From Archangiaceae bacterium (GTDB taxonomy: Bacteria > Myxococcota > Myxococcia > Myxococcales > Myxococcaceae), in assembly GCA_043750125.1 (NCBI GenBank), contig JAYVCD010000116.1:1-33162 (forward strand): a stretch of 33,162 nucleotides of DNA, written 5' to 3'. The stretch's first letter is position 1; every line of letters starts with the position of its first letter. The translations under genes were made by a program, and so were the position numbers. Under the pieces are notes generated by a model that saw nothing but the letters and a program-made list of their open reading frames with translations, made no database searches and was not told the origin of the DNA. Shown here one piece after another: positions 1 through 8,617 of the stretch.

Positions 1-393
1 AACGCCGCCAACCCCGCCGAGACCGCTGCCCCCATCGCTTCGGGCCCTGTCGCGACCAATTCGACTTCGATGCTCAGCCTGACCGCCAACGCGATCGCGC
101 AGGTCAAAGACGTAATGAAGACCCAGAAGTTCGAGGGCTATTTCCTCACTGTTCGCGTCGTTCCCGCCGGTTGCAGCGGCCTGGGCTACGACCTCAACCT
201 GATGAAGGAATCGAAGCCGGGCGACCTGGTCTGGGAACAGGACGGGGTGAAGCTCTGCACCGACCCGATCAGCACCAAGTACCTCAACGGCACTGAGGTC
301 GACTACCAGAAGACCGACATGGGCGCGGGGTTCAAGTTCAGCAACCCCAACGCGAAGTCGTCGTGTGGGTGTGGCACCTCGTTTTCGACGTGA
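1..393 (+). CDS. HesB/IscA/ErpA family A-type Fe-S cluster carrier protein (5' end may lie before the window)
   Basis: GCSG motif and C-terminal NPNAKSSCGCGTSF; the frame is open from base 1, first ATG at 70. Confidence 0.93.
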   Translation, partial: NAANPAETAAPIASGPVATNSTSMLSLTANAIAQVKDVMKTQKFEGYFLTVRVVPAGCSGLGYDLNLMKESKPGDLVWEQDGVKLCTDPISTKYLNGTEVDYQKTDMGAGFKFSNPNAKSSCGCGTSFST

Positions 394-1082
394 GAGCAGA
401 AGCCCTGGTTCGCCGGGGGATGCTTTTCGCCTCGCTGCTTTTCGCAGCCTGCGCGACCGCCCGGGCCGATTCGGTCGCGCTTTTCGATGACGCGACCGGC
501 CCCGATAAACCTGCCCTGGTGGGTCAGCTCACATCAGACCGCTGCGGCTCCGAAGGGAAGGGCGACCTGGTGCTGCTCGATGCCCGTACCGCGGGCCCGT
601 TGACCTGCACGGTGGTCACCATCAACAAGGAACCCACCGATTGTCCGCGCGGCGAGTCGTGCTTGAGCGACGCACTCTTTCGCGGACGCACCAACGCCCG
701 CGGTCAGATTTCGCTCGCTGAGCCTTTGGTGAATGTCCGGCTGGTCGCGGTGGCCGATGGGTATGCGCCCTCGTACCTTGAAGCCGCGTCAACGACGCTG
801 GGCAAGATCCTCGAGCTCGAGATGGCGCCCTCGACGGGCTTCTGGATCAAGGCGCTCGATCCCGAAGGGAACTACTTGCAAGACCTGCTGCTGTCTTTCA
901 AACAGGGGGAAGAGGTGGTCGCCACGCTGCGGACCAATGACCTGGCGAATGTCTTCTTTCCCCAGCGAGACCCGTTCAGCGGCCAACCGGTGACGATCGA
1001 GGCGCCGGGTTATCGCCCGACGCGGGTCGCCCACGTCGGCGAGCTCGGCGCCGATGGGCACACCCTGACGCTGCAGAAATAG
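390..1082 (+). CDS. Hypothetical exported protein, probable lipoprotein, with beta-rich repeats resembling carboxypeptidase-regulatory-like domains
   Basis: GTG at 390 overlaps the upstream stop (GTGA), alternative ATG at 420; hydrophobic segment ending LLFAAC (lipobox-like); two similar units ending VADGY and EAPGY. Confidence 0.6.
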   Translation: MRAEALVRRGMLFASLLFAACATARADSVALFDDATGPDKPALVGQLTSDRCGSEGKGDLVLLDARTAGPLTCTVVTINKEPTDCPRGESCLSDALFRGRTNARGQISLAEPLVNVRLVAVADGYAPSYLEAASTTLGKILELEMAPSTGFWIKALDPEGNYLQDLLLSFKQGEEVVATLRTNDLANVFFPQRDPFSGQPVTIEAPGYRPTRVAHVGELGADGHTLTLQK

Positions 1083-1084
1083 GT

Positions 1085-1906
1085 TCAGAGCTCGAGCAGC
1101 ACGAATTTCGGCGTTCCGTAATCGCTGGGCACCACGTGCGTCAACACCGGGTCCAGCCGCGGCCGCTCGACGATCGCCTCGTGGCCGACATGGCTGTGCC
1201 CGCTGATGATCGCTTTGACCTTCGAGCGTTCCATCACCGCGCGACCGGTCGTGAGATTTCCAAAGTAGGCGTTGCTGGTGCCCCACCGGTGATCCGCGGG
1301 CTTCCGGGTCATCTGTTCCTCGAGCAACGGGACGTGGGTTACCACCGCCACCGACCGCACCGAAGGGTCGCTTTGTTGGACATCGATCTTTCGAAGCAGC
1401 TCGCGTTCGAGCTCAGCGGCAAAGTCGGGGTCGGTTCGAGCCCAGTCCATGTGGCGGCCATCGCCGTTGAGCGAGTTCTTGGCGCGCGCCAACTCGTCGG
1501 GGGTCATCCTCACCGCGGCATCGACCGCCGAATAGTCGTACCAGCACATCGAGCCCACCACGGCCACGTCGCCCACTCGAATCGGGTGAGACTCGAGCCA
1601 CACCAGCCCGGCGTCTTCGGCCGCTTTTTCCAGTGCGCCGCCCCAGAGCTTTTCCGTCGACATTCCAAGCTCATTGTCGCGCCACAGATCGTGATTGCCG
1701 GCCACCACTCCGACCGGAATTCCCAACCCTTCGAACTGCGCCAGGCACGCTTCAAAAGCCGCGAAGCCTGCGGCAATGTCACCCGCGAGCACCACCGCGT
1801 CGGGTTGGCTTCGGGCGATCTGAACCACCATCGCGGTGATCGCCTCGGGCCGGGTCAGGTGACCCACGAAGTCGAAATGAAGATCACTGGTGACGGCCAG
1901 GCGCAT
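1085..1906 (-). CDS. Calcineurin-like metallophosphoesterase
   Basis: Motifs SDLH, AGD, GNHD, THVP, SGHSH. Confidence 0.9.
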   Translation of the reverse strand: MRLAVTSDLHFDFVGHLTRPEAITAMVVQIARSQPDAVVLAGDIAAGFAAFEACLAQFEGLGIPVGVVAGNHDLWRDNELGMSTEKLWGGALEKAAEDAGLVWLESHPIRVGDVAVVGSMCWYDYSAVDAAVRMTPDELARAKNSLNGDGRHMDWARTDPDFAAELERELLRKIDVQQSDPSVRSVAVVTHVPLLEEQMTRKPADHRWGTSNAYFGNLTTGRAVMERSKVKAIISGHSHVGHEAIVERPRLDPVLTHVVPSDYGTPKFVLLEL

Positions 1907-1909
1907 GGG

Positions 1910-2425
1910 TCAACTCGAGTGGGACTCTGTAACCAGCGCATGCCAGCTCGCGCCCTGTCCTCGACGGGTCAATCGCTCTTTTCGACGCTCGAGCGCCTCT
2001 TCGTTGGCCTGCTTTTCGTCGGGGGAACGCAGCAGCAGCCCGGGCACCTGAAGCCGGTTTCCGTCCTTGTCGAGGGCGACGAAGGTCAACAGGGCGCTGG
2101 TGGTGAGCGCGCGCTCGCCCGAAAGAGGATTTTCTGAATGGACCGTGACCCCGACTTCCATCGAGCTGGTGAAGGCGGCAAGGACGCGCGCTTTCAAGAT
2201 CGCCGTCCAGCCCACCTTGATCGGAGCGTGAAAGTGCAAGTCGTCCATCGATGCGGTGACGACGATCTGTCGGCAATGCCGCTGGGCCGCGATCGCCGCG
2301 CAGATGTCTATCCACCCGATGACCGTGCCGCCGAAGGCCGCGCCCAACGAATTGGCGTCGCCGGGCAACAACAGCTGCGCCATCTCGACCACCGAATCTG
2401 CCGGAGCCTTCGGTTCCAGGCTCAC
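1910..2425 (-). CDS. Acyl-CoA thioesterase (hotdog fold, YciA-like)
   Basis: DANSLGAAFGG...WID, VVTAS, SSMEVGV, LTFVALD motifs; GTGA overlap with the upstream gene. Confidence 0.9.
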   Translation of the reverse strand: MSLEPKAPADSVVEMAQLLLPGDANSLGAAFGGTVIGWIDICAAIAAQRHCRQIVVTASMDDLHFHAPIKVGWTAILKARVLAAFTSSMEVGVTVHSENPLSGERALTTSALLTFVALDKDGNRLQVPGLLLRSPDEKQANEEALERRKERLTRRGQGASWHALVTESHSS

Positions 2426-3072
2426 GCGGAAAGAAAGTCCGTCACTTTGTCCATGAACTCTTCGGCCCCACGGCCATTTCGGATGTCGAGCGACGTCACA
2501 TCGAACGTCAACACGTCGATTCCGTACTTCCCCTGCAGGACCATCGGAAAGGTCGCGTAGTACCCGTTGAGCCCGCGCAGGAATGCCGAGCCGATGCCCT
2601 TCTCTTCCTCGCGACCGCGCTTCTTGATCCGGTTCATCAGCACGTCGACCTCGGGCACGTCGAAGCAGATCACCTTGTCGGGGTGAACGATGTTCTTCGA
2701 CAGCCGCTGGAAGTACTCGAAGTACAACTCGAGCTCGGCGTCGGTCATGTTCCCCAGGCCGTGCAGGTACTTCGCGAAGATCTCGGGATCCTCGTAGAGC
2801 GTGCGGTCTTGAATGCAGCTCTTCGGCACGGTGTGGATCAGCTCGTGGTGCTCGATGCGGCGAATCAGGAACTCGAGCTGCAGCGTGAAGCTCCAGCGCT
2901 TCATCTGCCCGTAGTAGTCCTTGAGGAACCGGTTATCGATCACCGGCTCATCGAACAGCTCGTAGCCGAACTTCTGGCTGATCATCTTCGCAGCCGTCGT
3001 CTTCCCGGCCCCGATGTTTCCGGCCATCGCGACGAACCGCTTCTTCGCTTTTCTCTGAGCTTTCTTCGTCAC
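2422..3072 (-). CDS. Deoxynucleoside kinase (dNK family)
   Basis: P-loop [30 protein letters not shown] lid; likely GTG start at 3072 overlapping the tdh stop. Confidence 0.9.
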   Translation of the reverse strand: MTKKAQRKAKKRFVAMAGNIGAGKTTAAKMISQKFGYELFDEPVIDNRFLKDYYGQMKRWSFTLQLEFLIRRIEHHELIHTVPKSCIQDRTLYEDPEIFAKYLHGLGNMTDAELELYFEYFQRLSKNIVHPDKVICFDVPEVDVLMNRIKKRGREEEKGIGSAFLRGLNGYYATFPMVLQGKYGIDVLTFDVTSLDIRNGRGAEEFMDKVTDFLSA

Positions 3073-4097
3073 GCGGCCCAATCGAGCACCACCTTCCCTG
3101 ATTGGCCGGTGCGCATCGTTTCGAACGCTTCCTGGTAGTCGTCGATCTTGAAGCGGTGGGTGAGCACCGCGGTGATGTCCAGGCCCGACTGCAGCATCGC
3201 GGTCATCTTGTACCAGGTCTCGAACATCTCTCGGCCGTACACGCCCTTGAGCACCAGGCCCTTGAAGATCACCTGGTTCCAGTCGATCGCCACTTCGGCG
3301 ACGGGGATGCCGAGAATCGCGACCCGGCCTCCATGATTCATCGCTTTGAGCATCGAGCGCAGCGCCAGCCCGTTGCCGCTCATCTCGAGGCCGACATCGA
3401 AACCCTCGGTCATTCCCAGATCTTTCATCGTGTCTTCGATCGAGGAATTGCTGACGTTGATGGTGCGGGTCGCGCCGAGCTTCTTCGCCAACGAGAGCCG
3501 GTAATCGTTCACGTCGGTGACGACCACGTGGCGCGCGCCGACGTGCTTACAGATCGCCGCAGCCATCACTCCGATCGGGCCGGCGCCGGTGATCAACACG
3601 TCCTCGCCGACCAGGTCGAAGCTCAGCGCGGTGTGGACCGCATTGCCCAGCGGGTCGAAGAACGAGGCGATCTCGTCGGGGATCTCGGGCGGAATCCGAA
3701 AGACGTTCGAAGCGGGAATCGAGAGGTACTCGGCGAAGCAGCCCGGACGATTGACGCCGACTCCGATGGTGTTGCGGCACAGGTGACGCTTTCCGGCGCG
3801 GCAGTTGCGGCAGTTGCCGCACGTCAGGTGACCTTCGCCCGAGACGCGATCGCCTTTTTGAAAGCCGGTGACCGCGCTGCCGACCTCGGCCACCTCGCCC
3901 ATGAACTCGTGGCCGATGTGCATCGGCACCGGAATCGTCTTCTGGCTCCACGCGTCCCAGTTCCAGATGTGAATGTCGGTGCCGCAGATGGCCGATTTGC
4001 GAATCTTGATCAGCACGTCGTTGTGCCCGACCTGCGGCAGCGGCACTTCCTGCAGCCACAGCCCGACTTCCTTCTTCGCCTTCACCAATGCCTTCAT
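3069..4097 (-). CDS. tdh: L-threonine 3-dehydrogenase
   Basis: [20 protein letters not shown] zinc site, [20 protein letters not shown]; adjacent to kbl. Confidence 0.97.
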   Translation of the reverse strand: MKALVKAKKEVGLWLQEVPLPQVGHNDVLIKIRKSAICGTDIHIWNWDAWSQKTIPVPMHIGHEFMGEVAEVGSAVTGFQKGDRVSGEGHLTCGNCRNCRAGKRHLCRNTIGVGVNRPGCFAEYLSIPASNVFRIPPEIPDEIASFFDPLGNAVHTALSFDLVGEDVLITGAGPIGVMAAAICKHVGARHVVVTDVNDYRLSLAKKLGATRTINVSNSSIEDTMKDLGMTEGFDVGLEMSGNGLALRSMLKAMNHGGRVAILGIPVAEVAIDWNQVIFKGLVLKGVYGREMFETWYKMTAMLQSGLDITAVLTHRFKIDDYQEAFETMRTGQSGKVVLDWAA

Positions 4098-5290
4098 GAA
4101 ATGACTCCCAGCTTGCGGCCGACTTTGATGAAGGCTGCGATCGCGAGATCAACCTGCTCGAGGGTGTGCGCTGCAGACATTTGAGTGCGAATCCGTGCCT
4201 TGCCCTGCGGCACCACGGGGTACGAGAAGCCGACCACGTAGATTCCTTCGCCAAGCATCGCCTGGGCGAAATCACCGGCCAGCTTCGCGTCGCCGAGCAT
4301 CACCGGAATGATCGGGTGCCCGTTGCCTGCGAGCGTGAAGCCCGCCTGGGTCATCTGGCTTCGGAAGTGCGCGCTGTTCTCGCGCAGGCGGGCACGAAGC
4401 CCGTCGCTCTTTTCGAGAAGCTCGAGGCACGCCACCGTGGCGTGGGCGATCGCCGGCATCAGCGTGTTGCTGAACAGGTAGGGCCGCGCGCGCTGGCGCA
4501 GCAGGGTGACGATTGCACTTCGCGACGCGACGTAGCCGCCCGACGCGCCGCCCAGCGCCTTGCCCAGGGTGCCAGTGAGAATGTCGATCTTCCCCAGCAC
4601 CCCGTTGAGCTCGTGCGAGCCGCGGCCCCTGGCACCGGTGAAACCGACCGCGTGCGAGTCGTCGACCATCGTCAGCGCCCCGTACTTTTCCGCCAGCGCG
4701 ACGAGCCCCTTCAGGTCGGCGATCACCCCGTCCATCGAGAACACCCCGTCGGTGGCGATCAAGATGAAGCGCGCCCCGGACGCCTTCGCCTCGATGAGCT
4801 TCGCTTCGAGGTCGTTCAGGTCGTTGTTCGCGTACCGAAAGCGCTTCGCTTTGCACAGTCGGATTCCATCGATGATCGAGGCGTGGTTGAGCGCGTCGGA
4901 CACCACCGCGTCTTCTTCGCCCAGCACCGTCTCGAACACGCCCCCATTTGCGTCCCAACAGGAACCGAACAAGATCGTCTCTTCGGTGCCGAGGAAGGCC
5001 GAGATCTTCTCTTCGAGCTGCTTGTGAATGTCTTGCGTTCCGCAGATGAAGCGCACCGACGAGAGCCCAAAGCCGTGGGTGTCGAGCCCTTCTTTGGCAG
5101 CGGCGATGAGCTGCGGTGAGTTGGCGAGGCCGAGGTAGTTGTTGGCGCAGAAATTCAAGACCTGGGCGCCACCCTGGAGCGTGATCTTCGAGCTCTGGGC
5201 CGACGAAATGATCCGCTCGTTCTTGAACAGCCCCGCGGCCCGGATTCCCTCAGCCTCACTGCGCATCCGTTCGTAGAAGGCGTCGTTCAC
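4094..5290 (-). CDS. kbl: Glycine C-acetyltransferase (2-amino-3-ketobutyrate CoA ligase)
   Basis: [58 protein letters not shown]. Confidence 0.97.
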   Translation of the reverse strand: MNDAFYERMRSEAEGIRAAGLFKNERIISSAQSSKITLQGGAQVLNFCANNYLGLANSPQLIAAAKEGLDTHGFGLSSVRFICGTQDIHKQLEEKISAFLGTEETILFGSCWDANGGVFETVLGEEDAVVSDALNHASIIDGIRLCKAKRFRYANNDLNDLEAKLIEAKASGARFILIATDGVFSMDGVIADLKGLVALAEKYGALTMVDDSHAVGFTGARGRGSHELNGVLGKIDILTGTLGKALGGASGGYVASRSAIVTLLRQRARPYLFSNTLMPAIAHATVACLELLEKSDGLRARLRENSAHFRSQMTQAGFTLAGNGHPIIPVMLGDAKLAGDFAQAMLGEGIYVVGFSYPVVPQGKARIRTQMSAAHTLEQVDLAIAAFIKVGRKLGVIS

Positions 5291-5322
5291 GAGGCCGCGA
5301 TTAGCGTGCTATGCGCAAAAAC

Positions 5323-5418
5323 GGTAGGGCTTCCTGCTCTGGTGACAGGCCCGGTCTTCAAAACCGGCGAGAGGCGATGAAAGTCGTCTCTGGCGAGTTC
5401 GATTCCCGTGCTCTACCG
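5323..5418 (+). tRNA. selC: tRNA-Sec (anticodon UCA)
   Basis: 8-bp acceptor stem GGTAGGGC/GCTCTACC with G discriminator; D arm CCTG(C)TC-TGGT-GACAGG; anticodon arm CCGGT-CTTCAAA-ACCGG; 9-bp variable arm with GAAA loop; T arm GCGAG-TTCGATT-CCCGT; 8/5 fold; CCA not encoded. Confidence 0.93.
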
Positions 5419-5549
5419 AGGCGTTGCCCGGGCCTCGCTGGACTGGGGCCACGGCGCAACAAGAAAGATGCCATTTTCGACAGTCAAATCATCGACTTGA
5501 GTCATTCTCCGTAGCGCAGTCAGATCGAAATCTGTATACCGTGCGCCGC

Positions 5550-6386
5550 GTGAAGGAACGGTACCAATACATCGAAGAGAAGAACGAGGCGCTGCGAGAC
5601 ATCCTCGCCAGCAAAAAGGTCGCCTCGCAGGACTTCCTCGAAAAGTTCGAAATGTCGTGGGTCTACCATGACAACGCACTCGAGGGCGTCGTCTACACCG
5701 GGCAGGAATTGATGGCCGCCCTGCGTCCGGGAGCGATCGCCGCCGAGGCCTCGTTGATGCCGATCGTGCTCGAGATCAGGAACCACAAGTCCTGCCTCGA
5801 ATACCTGCGCGAGGAAGCGAAGAGCATTAGCAAAAAGACCGGTGGCGTCACGATGACCCAGGTGCGGCGCATTCACGATCTGCTCGCAGGCAACACGCCT
5901 GAGGCCCAGGCCGCGCGCGCTTCAGCCGAGCGCCGTGAACGCAGTGAGAAAGAGCTGGCCAAGGAACGGGAGCGGGCCGGGTTGCGCAAGGACATGCCGC
6001 TCCACCGGACGTACTTTCACGAGATCGCGCAGCCGGCGAAGATCCTCCCGATGCTCGAGAAGTTGATCGACTTCACCGCCACCGCCGAGTTCAAGGAACA
6101 GCACCCGATCTTGCAGTCCGCGCGGGTGCAGCATCAGTTCATTCAGATTTTTCCGTTTGCAGAGCACTCGGGAAAGGTCGGCCGAATGCTGAGCAACCTG
6201 ATCTTGTTGCGCAACCAGATGTTCCCCTCGGTGATTCATTCCATCGACCGCCAGAAATACTACGAAGCGTTTCGAGGTACTGTTGGCAGCTTTTCGCACC
6301 TGATGATGGACGCGATGGAGAACTCGCTCGACAACGCGCTGAAGTACTTCCGAGACGATGCTCGAAAGTACAAAGCCGTCAATTGA
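5550..6386 (+). CDS. Fic/DOC-fold protein with a degenerate catalytic motif
   Basis: YHDNALEG helix, EIRNH, IHDLL, FIQIFPFAEHSGKVGR in place of HPFxxGNGRxxR, DRQKYYEA; GTG start at 5550 is inferred. Confidence 0.82.
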   Translation: MKERYQYIEEKNEALRDILASKKVASQDFLEKFEMSWVYHDNALEGVVYTGQELMAALRPGAIAAEASLMPIVLEIRNHKSCLEYLREEAKSISKKTGGVTMTQVRRIHDLLAGNTPEAQAARASAERRERSEKELAKERERAGLRKDMPLHRTYFHEIAQPAKILPMLEKLIDFTATAEFKEQHPILQSARVQHQFIQIFPFAEHSGKVGRMLSNLILLRNQMFPSVIHSIDRQKYYEAFRGTVGSFSHLMMDAMENSLDNALKYFRDDARKYKAVN

Positions 6387-6422
6387 ACGGTCTGAAGGCG
6401 AAGAACCAATGAAGAGGTCACC

Positions 6423-7496
6423 TTGGGCGCTGCGCTCACACCTTTAAACGTCGCCTCGCTTTCCGCGAAACTGAAGGTCGAGCGGCTGATGAAGCTCGCC
6501 CGCGGCAAGAAGCGGGTCGTGATTCTCACCCACGACAATCCGGACCCCGACTCGATCGCTTCCGCGTGCGCGCTGGGGCAGATCTTCGAAAAACGGGCGT
6601 CGATGGAATCGAAGGTCGCCTACGGCGGGATCATCGGGCGCGCCGAGAACCTCGCGTTCGTGAAGGTGCTCAAGCTTCCGGTGACGCCGGTCTCGCAGAT
6701 CGTCTTCGACGAGTACGAGCTGGTCTGCCTCGTCGACACCCAGCAGCCGATTGGCAATCACTCTTTGCCTCCGGGTCTGAAGGCAGACGTGGTGATCGAT
6801 CACCACCCTCTGCGCGAAGAGGGGCTGACCGCACCGTTCGGCGATGTCGGTTTGAACTACGGCGCCACGTCGACGCTGTTGGTCGAGTACCTGCGCGCGG
6901 CGCGGCTCGAGCCGGGCCCCGAGCTCGCCACGGCGCTCTATTACGGGATCAAGGCCGATACTCGAGATCTCGAACGCCAGACCCACGATCCGGACATCGA
7001 CAGCTACCTATGGCTGTTTCCGAAGATCGATCGCGCGCTGCTCAGCCAGATTGAGCACCCCGAGCTGCCGGCTCGGTACTTCCAGCTTTATTACCAGGCG
7101 ATCAAACGGGCGAAGGTCTTCTCGGACGCGGTGATCACCGACCTGGGCGAGGTCTACAGCCCGGACATGGTGGCCGAAGTGGCCGAACGGCTTTCCTTCC
7201 TTGAAGGTCCGCGCTGGTCGCTGGCGTTCGGCTCCTTTCGCAGCCAGCTCTACCTGTCGCTGCGAGTCAGCGACCGCCGAATGCGCGCCGGTCGATTGAT
7301 TCGCGAGACCCTGGTCGGGCTGGGTGGGTCTGCGGGTGGGCACGGCAGCATGGCGGGCGCACGGATTCCGCTGTCGGGTACCCGGAAGGCGCGCGCCGCG
7401 CTGAAGCACGAAGTGGTGAGCCGCTTTCAAAAGGCCTTTGGCGTCGAAGGAGAGCGAGGCACCGCCCTGCTCAACGTCGCCCAACAAGAGCCGTGA
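6423..7496 (+). CDS. DHH/DHHA1 family phosphoesterase (NrnA-like)
   Basis: THDNPDPD, VDT, IDHHP, GATST, GIKADT, AGGHGSMAG; start position uncertain. Confidence 0.9.
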   Translation: MGAALTPLNVASLSAKLKVERLMKLARGKKRVVILTHDNPDPDSIASACALGQIFEKRASMESKVAYGGIIGRAENLAFVKVLKLPVTPVSQIVFDEYELVCLVDTQQPIGNHSLPPGLKADVVIDHHPLREEGLTAPFGDVGLNYGATSTLLVEYLRAARLEPGPELATALYYGIKADTRDLERQTHDPDIDSYLWLFPKIDRALLSQIEHPELPARYFQLYYQAIKRAKVFSDAVITDLGEVYSPDMVAEVAERLSFLEGPRWSLAFGSFRSQLYLSLRVSDRRMRAGRLIRETLVGLGGSAGGHGSMAGARIPLSGTRKARAALKHEVVSRFQKAFGVEGERGTALLNVAQQEP

Positions 7497-8617
7497 TTTT
7501 TCTCGACTACAACGCCGGCGCACCGCTTCTGGCTGAAGCGGCTGCGGCGCTCACGCTTGGGTTTTCGGCGCCGGGCAGCAACCCCTCGAGCGTGCACCAG
7601 GCGGGCAGGGCCGCTCGCAACCGGCTGAGTGCCGCGCGCGAGGCCGTGGCTCGCACTTTTGGATGCGAGGCCCGCGAGGTGATCTTCACCGGCTCGGGTT
7701 CGGAAGCAGCCACGCTGGCGATCAAGGGGGCGTGGACCGCGCGCAAGGATCAAAGCCGCACCACGGTGGTGACCTCGAGCATCGAGCACCCCTGCGTGCT
7801 CGGCGCGATGAAGCAACTCGAGGCTTCCGGAGCGAAGGTGGTGCGCCTGTCGCCCGATCGTTCGGGCCAGGTTCCGCTCGAGCGGGTGCGGGCCGCGCTG
7901 ACCCCGGAAGTGACGCTCTGCTCGCTCATCTGGGTGAACAACGAGACCGGCGTCGAGCAGCCGGTGGCCGAGGTCTCGCGAGAATGCATCCGGCGGGGAA
8001 TCGTCTTCCACACCGACGCGGTCCAGGCGGTGGGCCGGATTCCTGCGTCGCTTCGGGAAGTCCCTGCCGATCTGTTCAGCTTCTCAGGCCACAAGCTCGG
8101 AACCCTGCCCGGAATCGGGGTGCTGCTCGCGCGTCGTTCGGTGCCGCTCGAGCCGATGGTGCCCGGTCACCAGGAAGACGGAAGGCGGGGAGGAACCCAG
8201 GCCCTGGCGATGATCGAATCTCTGGTCGCAGCCCTCGCGGTCGCCGCCCGCACCGTCGAGACCGAAGGAATTCGGCTCAATGACCTGCGCCAAACGCTCG
8301 AGACCCGGGTCGCCGCCGAAGTGAATGGACAGGGCGTGGCTCGCGCACCCGGCACTTCGAACCTGCGCTTCCCGGGAATCGACGGGGAAGCCCTGTTGAT
8401 CGCGCTCGACCTGGAAGGAATCTGCGTTTCGTCCGGAGCCGCCTGCGCCTCGGGCTCACTGACCCCCTCGCACGTGCTGACCGCGATGGGGCTGTCGAAC
8501 ACCGAGGCCCAGGAGTGTCTGCGGTTTTCCTACGGCCGGGGCACCTCAGTGTCGGACATCGAAGCCGCGATCGAGGCGATCAACCGCCTGGCTGCGCGCG
8601 CGCGGATTTCGACATGA
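7493..8617 (+). CDS. NifS/IscS-type cysteine desulfurase (PLP-dependent)
   Basis: FLDYNA, NPSSVH, IEHPCV, VNNETG, HTDAVQ, SGHK (PLP lysine), SSGAACASG (catalytic Cys); GTGA coupling to the DHH gene. Confidence 0.92.
   Translation: MIFLDYNAGAPLLAEAAAALTLGFSAPGSNPSSVHQAGRAARNRLSAAREAVARTFGCEAREVIFTGSGSEAATLAIKGAWTARKDQSRTTVVTSSIEHPCVLGAMKQLEASGAKVVRLSPDRSGQVPLERVRAALTPEVTLCSLIWVNNETGVEQPVAEVSRECIRRGIVFHTDAVQAVGRIPASLREVPADLFSFSGHKLGTLPGIGVLLARRSVPLEPMVPGHQEDGRRGGTQALAMIESLVAALAVAARTVETEGIRLNDLRQTLETRVAAEVNGQGVARAPGTSNLRFPGIDGEALLIALDLEGICVSSGAACASGSLTPSHVLTAMGLSNTEAQECLRFSYGRGTSVSDIEAAIEAINRLAARARIST

Noticed and set aside
5311-5514. 67-aa ORF, and the ORF track's N-terminal extension of the Fic gene from 5424
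   Set aside because: The 67-aa ORF overlies the tRNA-Sec gene; Fic-like sequence begins only near GTG 5550
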